Source: a virus (taxonomy: Duplodnaviria; Caudoviricetes). From it: a DNA stretch of 61,757 nt. Below, one piece after another: positions 36,365 through 48,700 of the stretch (its first letter is position 1; the number at the start of each line of letters is the position of its first letter). The position numbers and the translations under genes are program-made. The DNA is taken from IMG/VR virus record IMGVR_UViG_3300030098_005510, positions 1 to 61,757 of that record; one strand, written 5' to 3'. The notes under the pieces were generated by a model. That model ran no database searches. It saw only the letters and a list, made by a program, of their open reading frames with translations, and was not told the origin of the DNA.

Positions 36365-39300
36365 GAAAATAAAGAAGATTGCTCATTTAGCAGATATTCA
36401 CATTAGAAAACTACATCGTTTTGTAGAGTACAGAGATGTGTTCAACAAACTATATAAAAAATTAGAGGAACTAAAACCTGATTTAATTTATATAGGCGGT
36501 GATGTTGTTCATGGAAAACTTGATACATCGCCAGAAGAAATTAGATTATTGGCAGATTTCTTTTTGAATCTAAGTAATATTTCTAAAACTATTATTATAA
36601 CTGGTAATCACGATTGTAACTTAAACAATAAATCAAGAGAAGATGTATTATCGCCAGTTGTCGATTTGGTTCAACAAATAAATCCTAATTTAATTTATTG
36701 GAAAGAAAGTGGTGTGTATGAATTAGGTGGGTGTCATTTTGGATTACTTTCTGTTTTTGACATTACAAAAGATAATAAACCAAATCTAAAAAATTTACCA
36801 CGAGCTAAAGACATCGAAGGTAAAAACAAAATAGCTCTTTATCATGGTTCAGTTGGTACATTTGAGGTAGATACTGGTTTAAAAATGAGTGATGACTTTG
36901 TTGGTGTCCAAGACTTTGATGGATATGATATGGTTCTTTTAGGTGACATACACAAAAGACAATTTTTAAATAAAGAAGAGACGATTGCTTATTGTGGTTC
37001 ACTTATACAACAGAACTTTGCTGAGTCACCAGAACACGGTTTTTTACTTTGGGACGTTGAAACAAGAAAGTCAGAGTTCATTCAAATAAAGAATGATTAT
37101 GGGTATAAAACCATTCGTGTAGAAGATGGTGATATAAAAAGTAAAATGAACTTTGTACCTCGTTTTGGAAATCTAAAAGTAAAACATCGTAATACACCTG
37201 TAGAACAACTTCGTTTGATTGAGATGGATTTACGAAAAAAATATACAGAAATAAAATCTGTAGCATTTGAAAAGATGGATTCAATTGAAAATAGATTAAA
37301 TGAATCCTCAACAAAAATATCCATCGAAGACATTCACGACTTAAAGGTTCAGAATGGATTGATAGAGAAAGTTGCTAGGTTAGAAAACCCAGCAATAGAC
37401 GATAAAACTTTACAAAGGTTATTCGACATAAACGAATTTACTAACTCATCCATTGGTATGAAAAACGATTTACCGCGAAATGTAGATTGGAAACTTAAGT
37501 ATATTGAGTTTGGTAATATGTTTAGTTATGGTAAAAGAAATAAGATAGACTTTACAAAGCTAAATGGAGTAGTAGGTGTTGTTGCACCCAATCATAGTGG
37601 TAAGTCAGCACTCATAGATATTATTGCTTACACAATATTTGATACTTGTAGCAGAACATTTAAAGCCATAGAAGTTCTAAATAACAAATCAAAAAACTTT
37701 GAGGTAAAATTATCTTTGGAGGTAAATGGTGTAGATTACATCATACATAGAACTGGCTTACTGAAAGAAAGACGAGTGAGAAAAACAGGTGAAATCAGAA
37801 GATTATGTCCTGTTGCCGTTAAGTTTTATGTAGAAGAAAATGGTGAGTTGATTGACCTTAGTGGAGCTGCTCGTAGTAACTCACAATATGGAACAGGTAC
37901 AAACGAAGAAATAAGAAAGATATTAGGAACATTTGATGACTTTATTCTTACATCACTTTCTCTACAGAATAACGGACAGAACTTTGTAGATAAGAAACAA
38001 AGTGAAAGAAAACAAATTCTATCTCAGTTTATGGGCATCGACCTATTTGATAAACTATATGATATTGCTCGTGAAGATGTGGCAGACGAAAAAGCTTATC
38101 TAAGACGAATAAAAGAAAAGAATGTTTTTGAGTCTATGGGTAGAATAGAACAGAAATTAAAAGACTTAAAAAAATCTAAGGTAGAGGTAGAAGAAAAGAT
38201 AGAGCCAGTAAAAAAAGACTTAAAAGATTTTAAATCACAAGTAGAAGAACTAAAGACAAAATTAAAAGATGTAGATGATATTAAGGAGCTCAACTTTGAT
38301 GAATTGATAAGTGAAAAAGAAAGTGAGTTGGAGTCACAAAAAGAAAATTTAAAAGTTGAAGAAGAATATAAAGATAATATTCGACCTCTTTATAACACCA
38401 TCTATAGTAAGCTAAAAGAATATGATGAAGAAACCTTAGACCATAATTATAAAAAGTTTCAAGAGTGTAAAGAAGACTTAAGTAAAATAAAATCTGATGT
38501 TACTGTAAAGGAAAACCAAATAAAACATTTAGAGGTATCTTTAGACGAAGTAAGAGAACATCAGTTTGATGAGGATTGTGAATATTGTGTTAAAAATAGT
38601 CAATGGCATATAGAAAAAATAAAATCATTGACAAGTGAAATAAAAGATTGTAAATTTCAGTTAGACAAAATACTAAATGATAAATATCATCGTGAAAAAG
38701 ACATCAAAAGTTTTGGTGATGTAGAACAAAATAAAGCAAAGTATGAAGAGTTGATGGAAGATTTAAAACGAGTTGAAGGTGATGCCTACAAAACACATGC
38801 GAAAATAAAAGAATTAGAACTTTCAGTAGAACAAACACAATCTAATTTAGAAAAGATTCAAAAAGACCAACAACTATTTTTAGATAATGCTTCAGCAATT
38901 GCTTACAATCGTAACATAATGCAAAAGGTAGATAAGTATCAAACTCAAGTTAAGATTGGTAGTGATATATTAGAAGAACTTGATAAGGAGTTGAAGAAAG
39001 TAGATTCAACTATTTTAATAGAGGAAACCAATCAAAAAAATCTTGGGGAAGAAATCAAAGACCTTGTAGAAGCAGAACAAAAGGTTGCTGATTATGAAGT
39101 CTATCTTCGTTTAGTAAGTCGTGATGGCATTCCTCAGTTAATTATAAATGATGCTCTACCAATAATCGAAAACGAAGTTAATGCAGTATTAGACCATATG
39201 ATGGCCGGTTTTCAGTTAGGTATTACAAATGAAGATAAAAACATAAATCTGTATATACGATATGACGACCAAGAATGGCCTTTAAATCTCTCATCCGGTA

Positions 39301-39569
39301 TGGAAAAGTTCGTTTCCTCACTCGCTCTTCGAGTTGGTCTAATCAATGTTTCTAATCTCCCAAGTCCTAACTTTCTCGTTATAGACGAAGGATTTGGAAC
39401 ACTCGATACAGACAATCTCTCAAACATGAAAGGCGCCTTTGAATACCTAAAAACAAGATTTGATTCTGTATTCATCATATCTCATTTAGATACAATCAAA
39501 GATTTTATGGATTATCTACTACCCGTTACTGTGGGTGATGATGGATTCTCTAAAGTAGTTTATAACTAA
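36357..39569 (+). CDS. Fused Mre11/SbcD nuclease and Rad50/SbcC ATPase (gp47-gp46-like)
   Basis: Phosphoesterase motifs ADIH, GGD, GNHD, HG and GDIH. Then Walker A APNHSGKS, coiled coil with CEYC hook, signature SSGME and Walker B IDEGFGTLD. Confidence 0.92.
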   Translation: MDKKIKKIAHLADIHIRKLHRFVEYRDVFNKLYKKLEELKPDLIYIGGDVVHGKLDTSPEEIRLLADFFLNLSNISKTIIITGNHDCNLNNKSREDVLSPVVDLVQQINPNLIYWKESGVYELGGCHFGLLSVFDITKDNKPNLKNLPRAKDIEGKNKIALYHGSVGTFEVDTGLKMSDDFVGVQDFDGYDMVLLGDIHKRQFLNKEETIAYCGSLIQQNFAESPEHGFLLWDVETRKSEFIQIKNDYGYKTIRVEDGDIKSKMNFVPRFGNLKVKHRNTPVEQLRLIEMDLRKKYTEIKSVAFEKMDSIENRLNESSTKISIEDIHDLKVQNGLIEKVARLENPAIDDKTLQRLFDINEFTNSSIGMKNDLPRNVDWKLKYIEFGNMFSYGKRNKIDFTKLNGVVGVVAPNHSGKSALIDIIAYTIFDTCSRTFKAIEVLNNKSKNFEVKLSLEVNGVDYIIHRTGLLKERRVRKTGEIRRLCPVAVKFYVEENGELIDLSGAARSNSQYGTGTNEEIRKILGTFDDFILTSLSLQNNGQNFVDKKQSERKQILSQFMGIDLFDKLYDIAREDVADEKAYLRRIKEKNVFESMGRIEQKLKDLKKSKVEVEEKIEPVKKDLKDFKSQVEELKTKLKDVDDIKELNFDELISEKESELESQKENLKVEEEYKDNIRPLYNTIYSKLKEYDEETLDHNYKKFQECKEDLSKIKSDVTVKENQIKHLEVSLDEVREHQFDEDCEYCVKNSQWHIEKIKSLTSEIKDCKFQLDKILNDKYHREKDIKSFGDVEQNKAKYEELMEDLKRVEGDAYKTHAKIKELELSVEQTQSNLEKIQKDQQLFLDNASAIAYNRNIMQKVDKYQTQVKIGSDILEELDKELKKVDSTILIEETNQKNLGEEIKDLVEAEQKVADYEVYLRLVSRDGIPQLIINDALPIIENEVNAVLDHMMAGFQLGITNEDKNINLYIRYDDQEWPLNLSSGMEKFVSSLALRVGLINVSNLPSPNFLVIDEGFGTLDTDNLSNMKGAFEYLKTRFDSVFIISHLDTIKDFMDYLLPVTVGDDGFSKVVYN

Positions 39570-39727
39570 CGACTTCTCAATACATTTCGTGGTTTAGATT
39601 CACCACGCTTCAAACTAAGTATATGTTGATTTAACACAGCGCTCATAGTTGTACTTTCATCTCTAACATACAGTCTAAACCACTCCATAAGTGATTCATC
39701 TATTGTAAAAGAATATTTCTTCTTCAT
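39566..39727 (-). CDS. Ribbon-helix-helix DNA-binding protein (53 aa, not in the ORF track)
   Basis: MKKKYSFTIDESLMEWFRLYVRDESTTMSAVLNQHILSLKRGESKPRNVLRSR, a beta-strand plus two helices. GGAG RBS. Alternative in-frame ATG at 39742. Confidence 0.72.
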   Translation of the reverse strand: MKKKYSFTIDESLMEWFRLYVRDESTTMSAVLNQHILSLKRGESKPRNVLRSR

Positions 39728-39753
39728 ACCGATAGTCTCCATACTTTATACAT

Positions 39754-39790
39754 ATAAATATCGTTCATAAATTATTTTGTAAATATTTAT
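39754..39790. promoter_or_regulatory. Divergent pair of TATTTAT promoter motifs
   Basis: The minus-strand copy (39754-39760) faces the RHH gene. The plus-strand copy (39784-39790) is 7 nt before the fibre gene ATG. Confidence 0.55.
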
Positions 39791-39797
39791 TAATGAT

Positions 39798-42700
39798 ATG
39801 CCAGAACTATATAGTCAGATATTAGACCTCAAAGAAAAAGATGTATTTCTCGAAACTGAAGTAAATGACTCACGATATTTTAGTGTCACTGGTTTACCAT
39901 CTAGGTTAAGTTATGGAAAACATCCTTTTTCAATAACATTTAATGATCCTGAAGGCCAACCACTTCTTAAAAATTTATCTAATATAGTTTTCGAATTTGT
40001 TGATTCTAATGATACTGTAATATTTTCTGATTTATTAGACATAGAAGAACTTAGTGGTGCTGGTAATGGTGTTTTATGGATAAAGAAAGATCCTCTAAGA
40101 ACAGCAGATGAAATATCTGATGGTCCTGTTTATCTTTATGTGATGGGTGAGTTGGATGGAGATGAAATACCAAATGAGTGGAAGGGGATATATAATGTAA
40201 GAAGTACATTTGTTTTTGATGCTAGAAAAGATTATCCTAATACTTCTAATCTTGTTTTAAAAAATCCATTAGGAATACAAACAAATCTAAATATATCAGA
40301 GAGTGTAGAGTTTGATACTGCTGATACTGTATTTAAAAGAAGTTTTATAAATGTGTCTCTGACCGACTTAGACACCGATGGTGGTAAAGTAGAATCTGTT
40401 GAGTTGGCATATAATGAAGAAAAAGCTCAAACAGATGATTATGAAATAATAACCACATATCCACTTACAAGTGGTTCATATGAGGTCACAGACATAACAA
40501 AAATATCTGGTCTAAATCCAATAACGAATACTACAAAGATATCAACACCTAAACAATTTAGACGAGACACATCGGTCAGATTCAGACTAAGATTTTTAAA
40601 TCCTGCTGGTGAATTTGCACAATATTTAGATGAAGATAGACAAGGTGAAATAGTAGAGGTCACTTCATCTTTTTTAACTTTCGAAAGCTCACCAACATTT
40701 ATAGAAAAAACTGACAATTTATTAACCGGTTCTTTTAGTGTTGGAGTTGATGTAGGAAAGGGATTTACATTTTCTGGTGCTAAATCAGCAGAGCTATCAA
40801 CTGTTGATTATCAAGGTTTCACAAGTGCATCTGCTGGTTCAGGTTCTGGTATACTTATGTTTTCTGGTTCTGTGAAAAGTGATGTGACAGATGATTATTC
40901 TTTAGGTGGTGTTGGATTAGAATTAGTTGCTGATAGCTCAAGTTTTTTTAGATTTAGAACAAATCCAAAAGAGTTGGATATAAGAGCTAATGCCTTTTTT
41001 ATTGGTTCAGAAACAAGTCAATTTATAAGCGGTTCAAGTGGCGATATAGAAATAAGTTCCTCTGTATTTCATTTAGATCCAGCTAATAGTTTGGTTTCAA
41101 TTAGTGGTAGTATTAATGCCACAGATGGTACTATTGGTGGTTGGAATATTGAAAATGATAAATTAGTAAATTTAGAAAATACTGTAGAGCTGAATAGCAC
41201 CACGCCTGGTTTAAATATAAAAGATGCTGGTGGTATAGATAGAGTAACGATTAAATCTGGATCTTTTTTAACAATAGGTGAAGGAACACAATACATTGGA
41301 AATAAAAGTTTCGAAGATGATACAATATCAGCTGGTAGAAACTTTGTTTCAAATATAACAAGTTGGTCTTTCTCTGAAGGCGGTGGTGTAAATATAAGTT
41401 TGACTGATAGAAGTTCTTTTCCTGACGATGAAAAAGCTGTAAGTGGTGATGTAACTTTGGATGTGGTAGTACCATCAGGTGGTAGCAACTATACCACTAA
41501 AAATAACTATGAATTAGTACAAGTTATAACGGCTTCTTTTAATGCGGGTGATACTCTTTCATTTAGTTCAGTAGCAAGATTTAGTTCATCATTTGGCGGT
41601 AAAGGAAAAGATAGAGCGTTAGGACCACAGTATTTTAGATTGGAATATAGTTCATCTACGTCAAATGGATTCAAATCGTTTTTACCAGCAAATGACTTTA
41701 CAGCTTCAAACGGCTACGGTGAATACTTTTTAGGAAGTGGTCAATATAATAGTTTTGGTGCATCAGCAGAGATGCCAGAAGCATCTGATTTTGTTCGAGT
41801 AATACTTACTGGTAGTATAAATGATGATACTGGTTACACAATTAAAAAACCTTTATTTGCGGAACGTAAAAGAAATAAAGATTTAGGCAATAAAATTTTT
41901 AGTAAAACAATTAAGGGAAGTGCTACAGCCGAGTTTCCTGAAACTGAGTTAAATTTTGATAATTTTTCTTTAAGAAGTAACACAAGAAAAGTTGAACTTA
42001 CTGAAAAGGGTTTATTAATTTATAACTCAGAAGATAGTTTCTTAAAAATGGATGCTAGTGGTATTGAGTTTAGGGGTGGTAGTGGTGTAACGACTTTTGG
42101 TCAATCAATAGCAAGAGAGACTTTTACAAACGATAGTGATGTTGCGGGTAGATTAGGAGCACCTGCATTACAAGCTTATCAATCAGATCCTGAGGATATC
42201 GGAACAACCGCATTTGATGGAAACGTAGGTGAATTTGCAAAAGGAAATCATAGACATAGAATAACATCTACGACAATAAATAATGTAATAAGTTCTTCAG
42301 TCTTGAATGTCGGCGGATTGATTTCAAGTGGTGATATTACGGCTGAAAACTTTATTGTTAAATCAACAGTTACACAAATTACACAATCATTCAGTAGTGG
42401 TTCTACAATATTCGGTGATTCTACTGATGATACTCACCAATTTACAGGATCTTTATTCGTAACAAGTTCAGCATTGACGATTGATAGTGCTGGTACTGTA
42501 AGTGGTTCATCAACCTCAACTGGTTCGTTTGGTGCTGGTAGATTTGCAGGAAAGGTTGGCATCGGCACCACAGGACCGTCTGCTGCTTTACATATATCAG
42601 AAACTAACGATGGTGGGGATACAGCAATAATCCTAAATAATAACGCAGGTGTTGGTTCTACAAATGAAACTGTGTCATTATTTTTTACACATACAGGTAT

Positions 42701-45700
42701 TGCTGGTGGTAAAATAGTATCTGGTAGGACTTTTAATTATTCTACTGTAGCTAACCGAGATAGTAATTTACAGTTTTTCACAACTCAGAATGCGACCGAC
42801 ACATTAGCTCTAACGCTTGATGCTGACCAGAATACAATATTTGCTGGGAATGCGAGTGGTTCATCAACATCAACTGCTTCATTTGGTGTTGTAAGAGCTG
42901 GTAATGGTATAAATAGATTTGGTAATTTATTAACTGATACTCATCAATTTACAGGTTCATTAGAAGTAACTGGTTCGTTTTTGGTAAATGGCGGTGGAGT
43001 CGCCACAACACCTGGTAGCGATAAAGAAGTTGTATTTAATGATGGTGGTTCATTAGGTTCTACATCTGCTTTTACTTTTGATAAAACCACAAATCATTTA
43101 TCAGCAAGTTTACCATCAACCGCATCATTTGGAAAAATATTACAAAATGGTCAAACACTTGCTTCTGTTGGTGGTGCTGATACAAATGTTCTTATAAATA
43201 CAGGAGGTGTAATATCAGGTTCAAATGAATTTGTTTATGACGACTCGACAAATAGGGTTGGCATCGGAGTAAGTCCTTCGTTTTTATTTCATGTTCAAAA
43301 ACAAGTGGATGGTGATTATGTTGGTTTCTTTAAAAATTCAGATTCGGATAATGGATTTGGTGTTGGGATTGATGCTGGTGATGATGCGAATGTAAGAGCT
43401 TTACAAATTAGAAATCATAATGGTAGTGCGGAGTCATTTATAGTAGATGGTGCTGGTAATGCTTTGTTTCCAAGAGCTAATGCAAAAATTAGTGGTTCAG
43501 CAACTTCGACAGGTTCGTTTGGTCAAGGACACTTCGATGGTAGGGTTGGGATTGGAATACAAACACCTGATATAGCTGCAACATCGTTAGACCATTTGGT
43601 TGTTGGAAAACCTGGAACTGGTGTTGCTATGAGTGGAACAAGTCATGTTGGAATTGTGATAGGTACTGGAACTTCTCATATTGGTAGGATTTCATTTCTC
43701 GATAGTCTATCAGCTTTTGGTGGCGCAATTGATTACCATCATGGTGCTGGTTCGGGTGGTGTTGATACCCTAAAATTTTACACAGACAATTATACACAGA
43801 GATTATGTTTAGAAGGTAATAAAATAAGTGGTTCATCAACCTCAACTGGTTCGTTTGCAAAATTAATAACAAAAAATGCAGATATCCAAGATTCTGCCGG
43901 AAACACCTTAATAGGATATGATCCTGGTGATATAGCAAGTGATGAGACAATCAATTTCAAAATAGGTGATGTGGATGGTGTTACTACTGGTGCTACATTA
44001 CAATTAGATGTAGTTAATACAGAAGTTATTTTAAATGACATGAAACTTATAATTCCTGAAACGATTGAACATCAGGGAGACGCGGATACAATTATAGCTT
44101 TTGCTAACGATAAAATAAGATTCAAAGCAGGAGTCGAAGGAGTCTCTCAAGACTTACTTCATCTTAGTGGTTCAAGAATAAGTGGTTCAGTTGCCTCAAC
44201 AGGTTCGTTCGGTAATTTAACTGTTGCGAAGGATTTGATGATGTCCAATGGTAAAGTTTTAAATTGGGGAACTTCTCATGGAACTCTCAGTTCAGCAATT
44301 GTTGGTAATTCAAGCACTAATGTTTTAGTATTTTATACGAATGGTTCTGAAAGAGCTAGATTTAACAGTTCAGGTAATTTAGGCATCGGCACTTCAAGTC
44401 CAGATGGGTTAGTACATGCCTTTAGTGGAAATGCATCTCAAACAGCAAATGCCGCTGCAAATCAACTTATTGCAGAAAATAACACAAATGCTGGTGTCTC
44501 TATTTTGTCAGGTACAAGTCATAGTGGTGCAATATATTTTGGAGATTCTGGTAATGCTAAAATAGGAACTATAATTTATGATCACGGAGATGAACAGTTA
44601 AGGATTGGAGTAAACGATGCTGTTATTTTAACATTAACGGATTCAAAAATAAGTGGTTCATCAACCTCAACTGGTTCATTTGGTGCTGGATTTTTTGATG
44701 GAAATGTTGGGGTAGGTATTGATCCTGATATGACAAGCTTCGATAGAGTATTGCATGTTGGTGGTACTAATACTGCTATAGTAAGATTTACTGGCACAAC
44801 CTATAGTGATACTGGTGGATATGTGGGTATGAACTTTGGTGGGGTGGATTTATTCAATCAAAGAAATAACTATTTGCGTTTTGGTACTAACAATACTGAA
44901 AGGATGAGAATTTCAAATGCTGGCAAAGTCGGCATCGGTGAATCACAACCAACTGTAGCCTTAGATGTTTCAGGTTCAGATAATCTATCGAGTAGAATTA
45001 GACTTGCTAAACATGCTAGTGGAACGAGTAAAATTTTACAACTTGGTGCTGATAGAGATACAACTGCAGTTCCATTCATAGGTGCTGAATCAAATCATGC
45101 CTTTGACATAATAACAAATAATACTCAACGAGTGCGTATAGATACTTCAGGTAATGTCGGCATCGGCACCACAAGTCCTTCTGATTACCATTCCCTAGCA
45201 AGTAATTTAGTTGTAGCTAGTTCGGGAGATACTGGTATAAGTCTTGTCTCTGGAACATCAAGTGATGGTAGAATATTTTTTGCAGATGGCACTAGCGGAG
45301 GTGATGAGTCAAGAGGTCACATTAGATATGACCATTCTGATAATAGTATGCATTTTGTTACCAATGATGCTGGTACTGCAATTAAAATAGACTCATCTGG
45401 TAATTCAGAGTTTCTGAGAGGAAACATAAGTGGTTCATCAACCTCAACGGGTTCGTTTGGAAGAGTTGATGCTCATAGCTTTCAAAATCCAAGTGGTTTA
45501 TTTTTAGGTAGCACAAACGCTGCACATGAGTTTAGTGAAATAACTTCTACCAATCATCTATTTATTGGAGCTGGTGCTTCAACAGTTCAAATGCAAAATG
45601 ATTTAATTCCTGATGGTGATGGAAGTCAAAACTTAGGTTCATCCAACAGAAATTTTAATCAAATTTTTGCTAAAGCAAAAGTTACTGGTTCATCAACTTC

Positions 45701-48700
45701 AACTGGTTCTTTTGGCTCGGTTGTAGCCGGTGGTGTTGGAGTAAATAGTTTTTCATCTAATGTTGGTGTTGGTTTAACTAGTCCTGAAACCATTCTTCAT
45801 ATCAGAGGAGCAGGTGATAAGTTTAGAGTTGATGCAAGTGATGGAACTCAAATTTTACAAATCCAAGAGTTTACAGGTAAGATAGCTGACATTATTGGAC
45901 CTGGTAATAAAGCCCTCAGAATTAATCACAATAGTAGTGGAGATGTTTTTATAGGAACAGGTGGTGGTAGTGTAATGTTAGGAAATACTGTTGCCAATCC
46001 AGCATCAGGTTTTTCTAATCAAAAAGGATTTGGCTTCAATGGTAGTACAGGACAAGTTCAGATAGCATCAAGTACAAATACTGCGGCATTGCAAATTGGA
46101 AAAAATCAAGGCACTGCTGGTGACCTCGTTATTTTTAGACACGAAAGTGTTTCGGTTGGTGCTATTGATACTGCTGGTGGAATAAGTGGTTCATCATCTT
46201 CAACTGGTTCGTTTGGTAAATTATTTATCGGTAATCAATCATTAACCAACACCGGAAATAGTGAGGTACAGTTTAGTCAAAATATTCAGTTGAGAGACGG
46301 TTTTGAATTACAAAATTCACTTGGGTTTAATATAGTTCGTCACGAGATAGATGCTTCTGACTCAGGTGAGGACTTAATTCTATTTGGTACAGACGATTCT
46401 CCAAACACCGATATTTTATTTATGACACCTGGTAATGCTGAGCTTCTATTATTAGAAAATGCTGGGAGTGCAAGATTTTATGGAGATGTCCGATTTACAA
46501 AAGCTAATGCAAAAATAAGTGGTTCATCAACCTCAACTGGTTCGTTTGGTAGAGTTGAAGCCACAACGATTACAGCACCTACTCTTGCTGGGAATACAAT
46601 AATTGATGGTAATTTAAGGACAATAGGTGATATAACTGCAGAAAACTTTATTGTGTCTTCTTCTGTAACAAGTATTACATATCAGTCTCTAAGTGGTTCA
46701 ACTGTTTTTGGTGATTCCTCTGATGACATACATCAATTTACTGGTTCGTTAATGGTATCAGCTTCTGGTCTGATAGGTATTGGCACAAACAACCCACAAA
46801 ATCCAATCCACATTAGAGGTACAGACGCTTTTATGTCATTTACTCATGAGACTAATGGTGCTCAAGCAGGTATTCTATATAGAAATACAAGTGGAACAAA
46901 TGTTGGTTTTGCTGCCTATAATTTTTCAAGTAACGTATGGCAAGTCAGAACTAATAATAATCTTGCTCTTACCCTTGACTCGGCTCAAGATGCTACCTTT
47001 GCCGGTCATATTGCTTTAGCCGCTACTAAAGGTATTTTCTTTGATGGTGGAAGTCATACTTCCATAGCTGAGTCATCTGGTGATAATTTAAGATTTCAAG
47101 TTGGTAATTCAAATGTGTTGGACATTACAACGACAAAAATAAGTGGTTCATTCACTTCAACTGGTTCATTTGGTCATTTAATAACAACTAACAACATCAT
47201 AATGAAAAATGAATTGGGTGCGCCTCATAATATGTTTGAATTTCATGATAAAAATGTTGCTATTCAAAGAGCACAAGGAGCTGATAGATCCAATACTGGA
47301 AACAGTCTATATCTTCATGCTTTTGAAGATATAATATTTACAGCACAAGGCACTACGGCAGCTAGTCAAACTGAAAGGATGCGTATAACTGAAGAAGGTG
47401 ATGTCGGCATCGGCACAGAAAGTCCTACAGCTCTTTTACATTTAGAAGCTGGTTCTGATAATGCAACTGGTGGTATTAGGTTCACTAATGACGACACAGG
47501 TGGTTCAACTGCTACCGATGGAACTGCTTTATTTTTAGAACAAAACACTACAGATTTCTTTATTAGAAATTATGAGAATGCTGGTATAAGATTAAGAACA
47601 AATGATACTGATGCTCTCTATATAAGTAGCGGTCAAAAAGTCGGTATCGGCACCACAAGTCCTGGTTCATTACTCACAATAAAAGATACTGGTGACATAT
47701 CGACCTCTACATTCATATCAGGTATAAGTGGTGATGGATTCAGAATAAAAGACAACGGTTCTGATGGTGTTAGTATGGAAATCGACAACATCACAGTTCG
47801 TAACACATTAAGAACTCATATATTCCAAAAAGATGTTGTTAGAGCTACAAATGGTATTTTATTTATATCAGATAGTGGTGTTATATCAGGCTCTACTGGA
47901 ACTACAAGTAGTGGTACAGTTACGTTTGACAATACCAAATCTGCTACTTTTTCTGATAATGATATACTGCTTTTCAAAGATGCTTCAGATGATGGTACGA
48001 TAAATGCCGTACAATTTCAAATAAATGGAAGCGTAAGTACGGCAGGAGATTTTGATACATACAATGTAGACAATGTAGTAGGTAATTTATCAAACCTGAA
48101 TACTGGCGGTACAGCAGCTAGGATAAGTGGTGGTACAGTAACAATAGACGCTTCATCACCTAATAGTCCTTTCGTAGATGTCAATGAGGCTAGTGGTTCA
48201 CCTGTAGTTAGAATGGGTAATTTAGCTGGAATTACATCTCCTCGATTTGGTGTAAATGATGAGTTTGGATTTTGGGCATCAGGCTCTGCTTATTTAGAAG
48301 GTGCTATAAATGCTAAGACAGGTAACATCGGTGGATGGGGAATAGGAGAAACTGCTATAAGTAGTTCAGGCGATAGTGTTATAATAGATGCTCTTACAAA
48401 AAGAATTACAGTTTCAGATGGTAGTAATGCTAGACTTTTCTTAGGTGAAGTTGATGGAGATGGTTCATCTTTTCCTGGCTCACCACAATTTGGAATAAAA
48501 ATATTTAATGGAAGTGGTGTCGCTGATGGAAATAGATTAGTTGAATTAGGTGAAGGTGCCAATATGATTGCGGGTTGGGATTTACTACCTGGTTCAATAA
48601 AATCAGATACCCAAGATGGAAGTGTAGCTTTGAGTTCTGTATCACAGTCATTAACGATTTGGACTGGTAGTATAAATCACGCTGAACCAAAACTTGTTTT

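Noticed and set aside
615-39478. Short overlapping track ORFs such as 615..827, 2956..3192, 10285..10689, 26382..26771 and 30911..31219
   Set aside because: They are nested in or opposite better-supported genes with RBSs and translational coupling.
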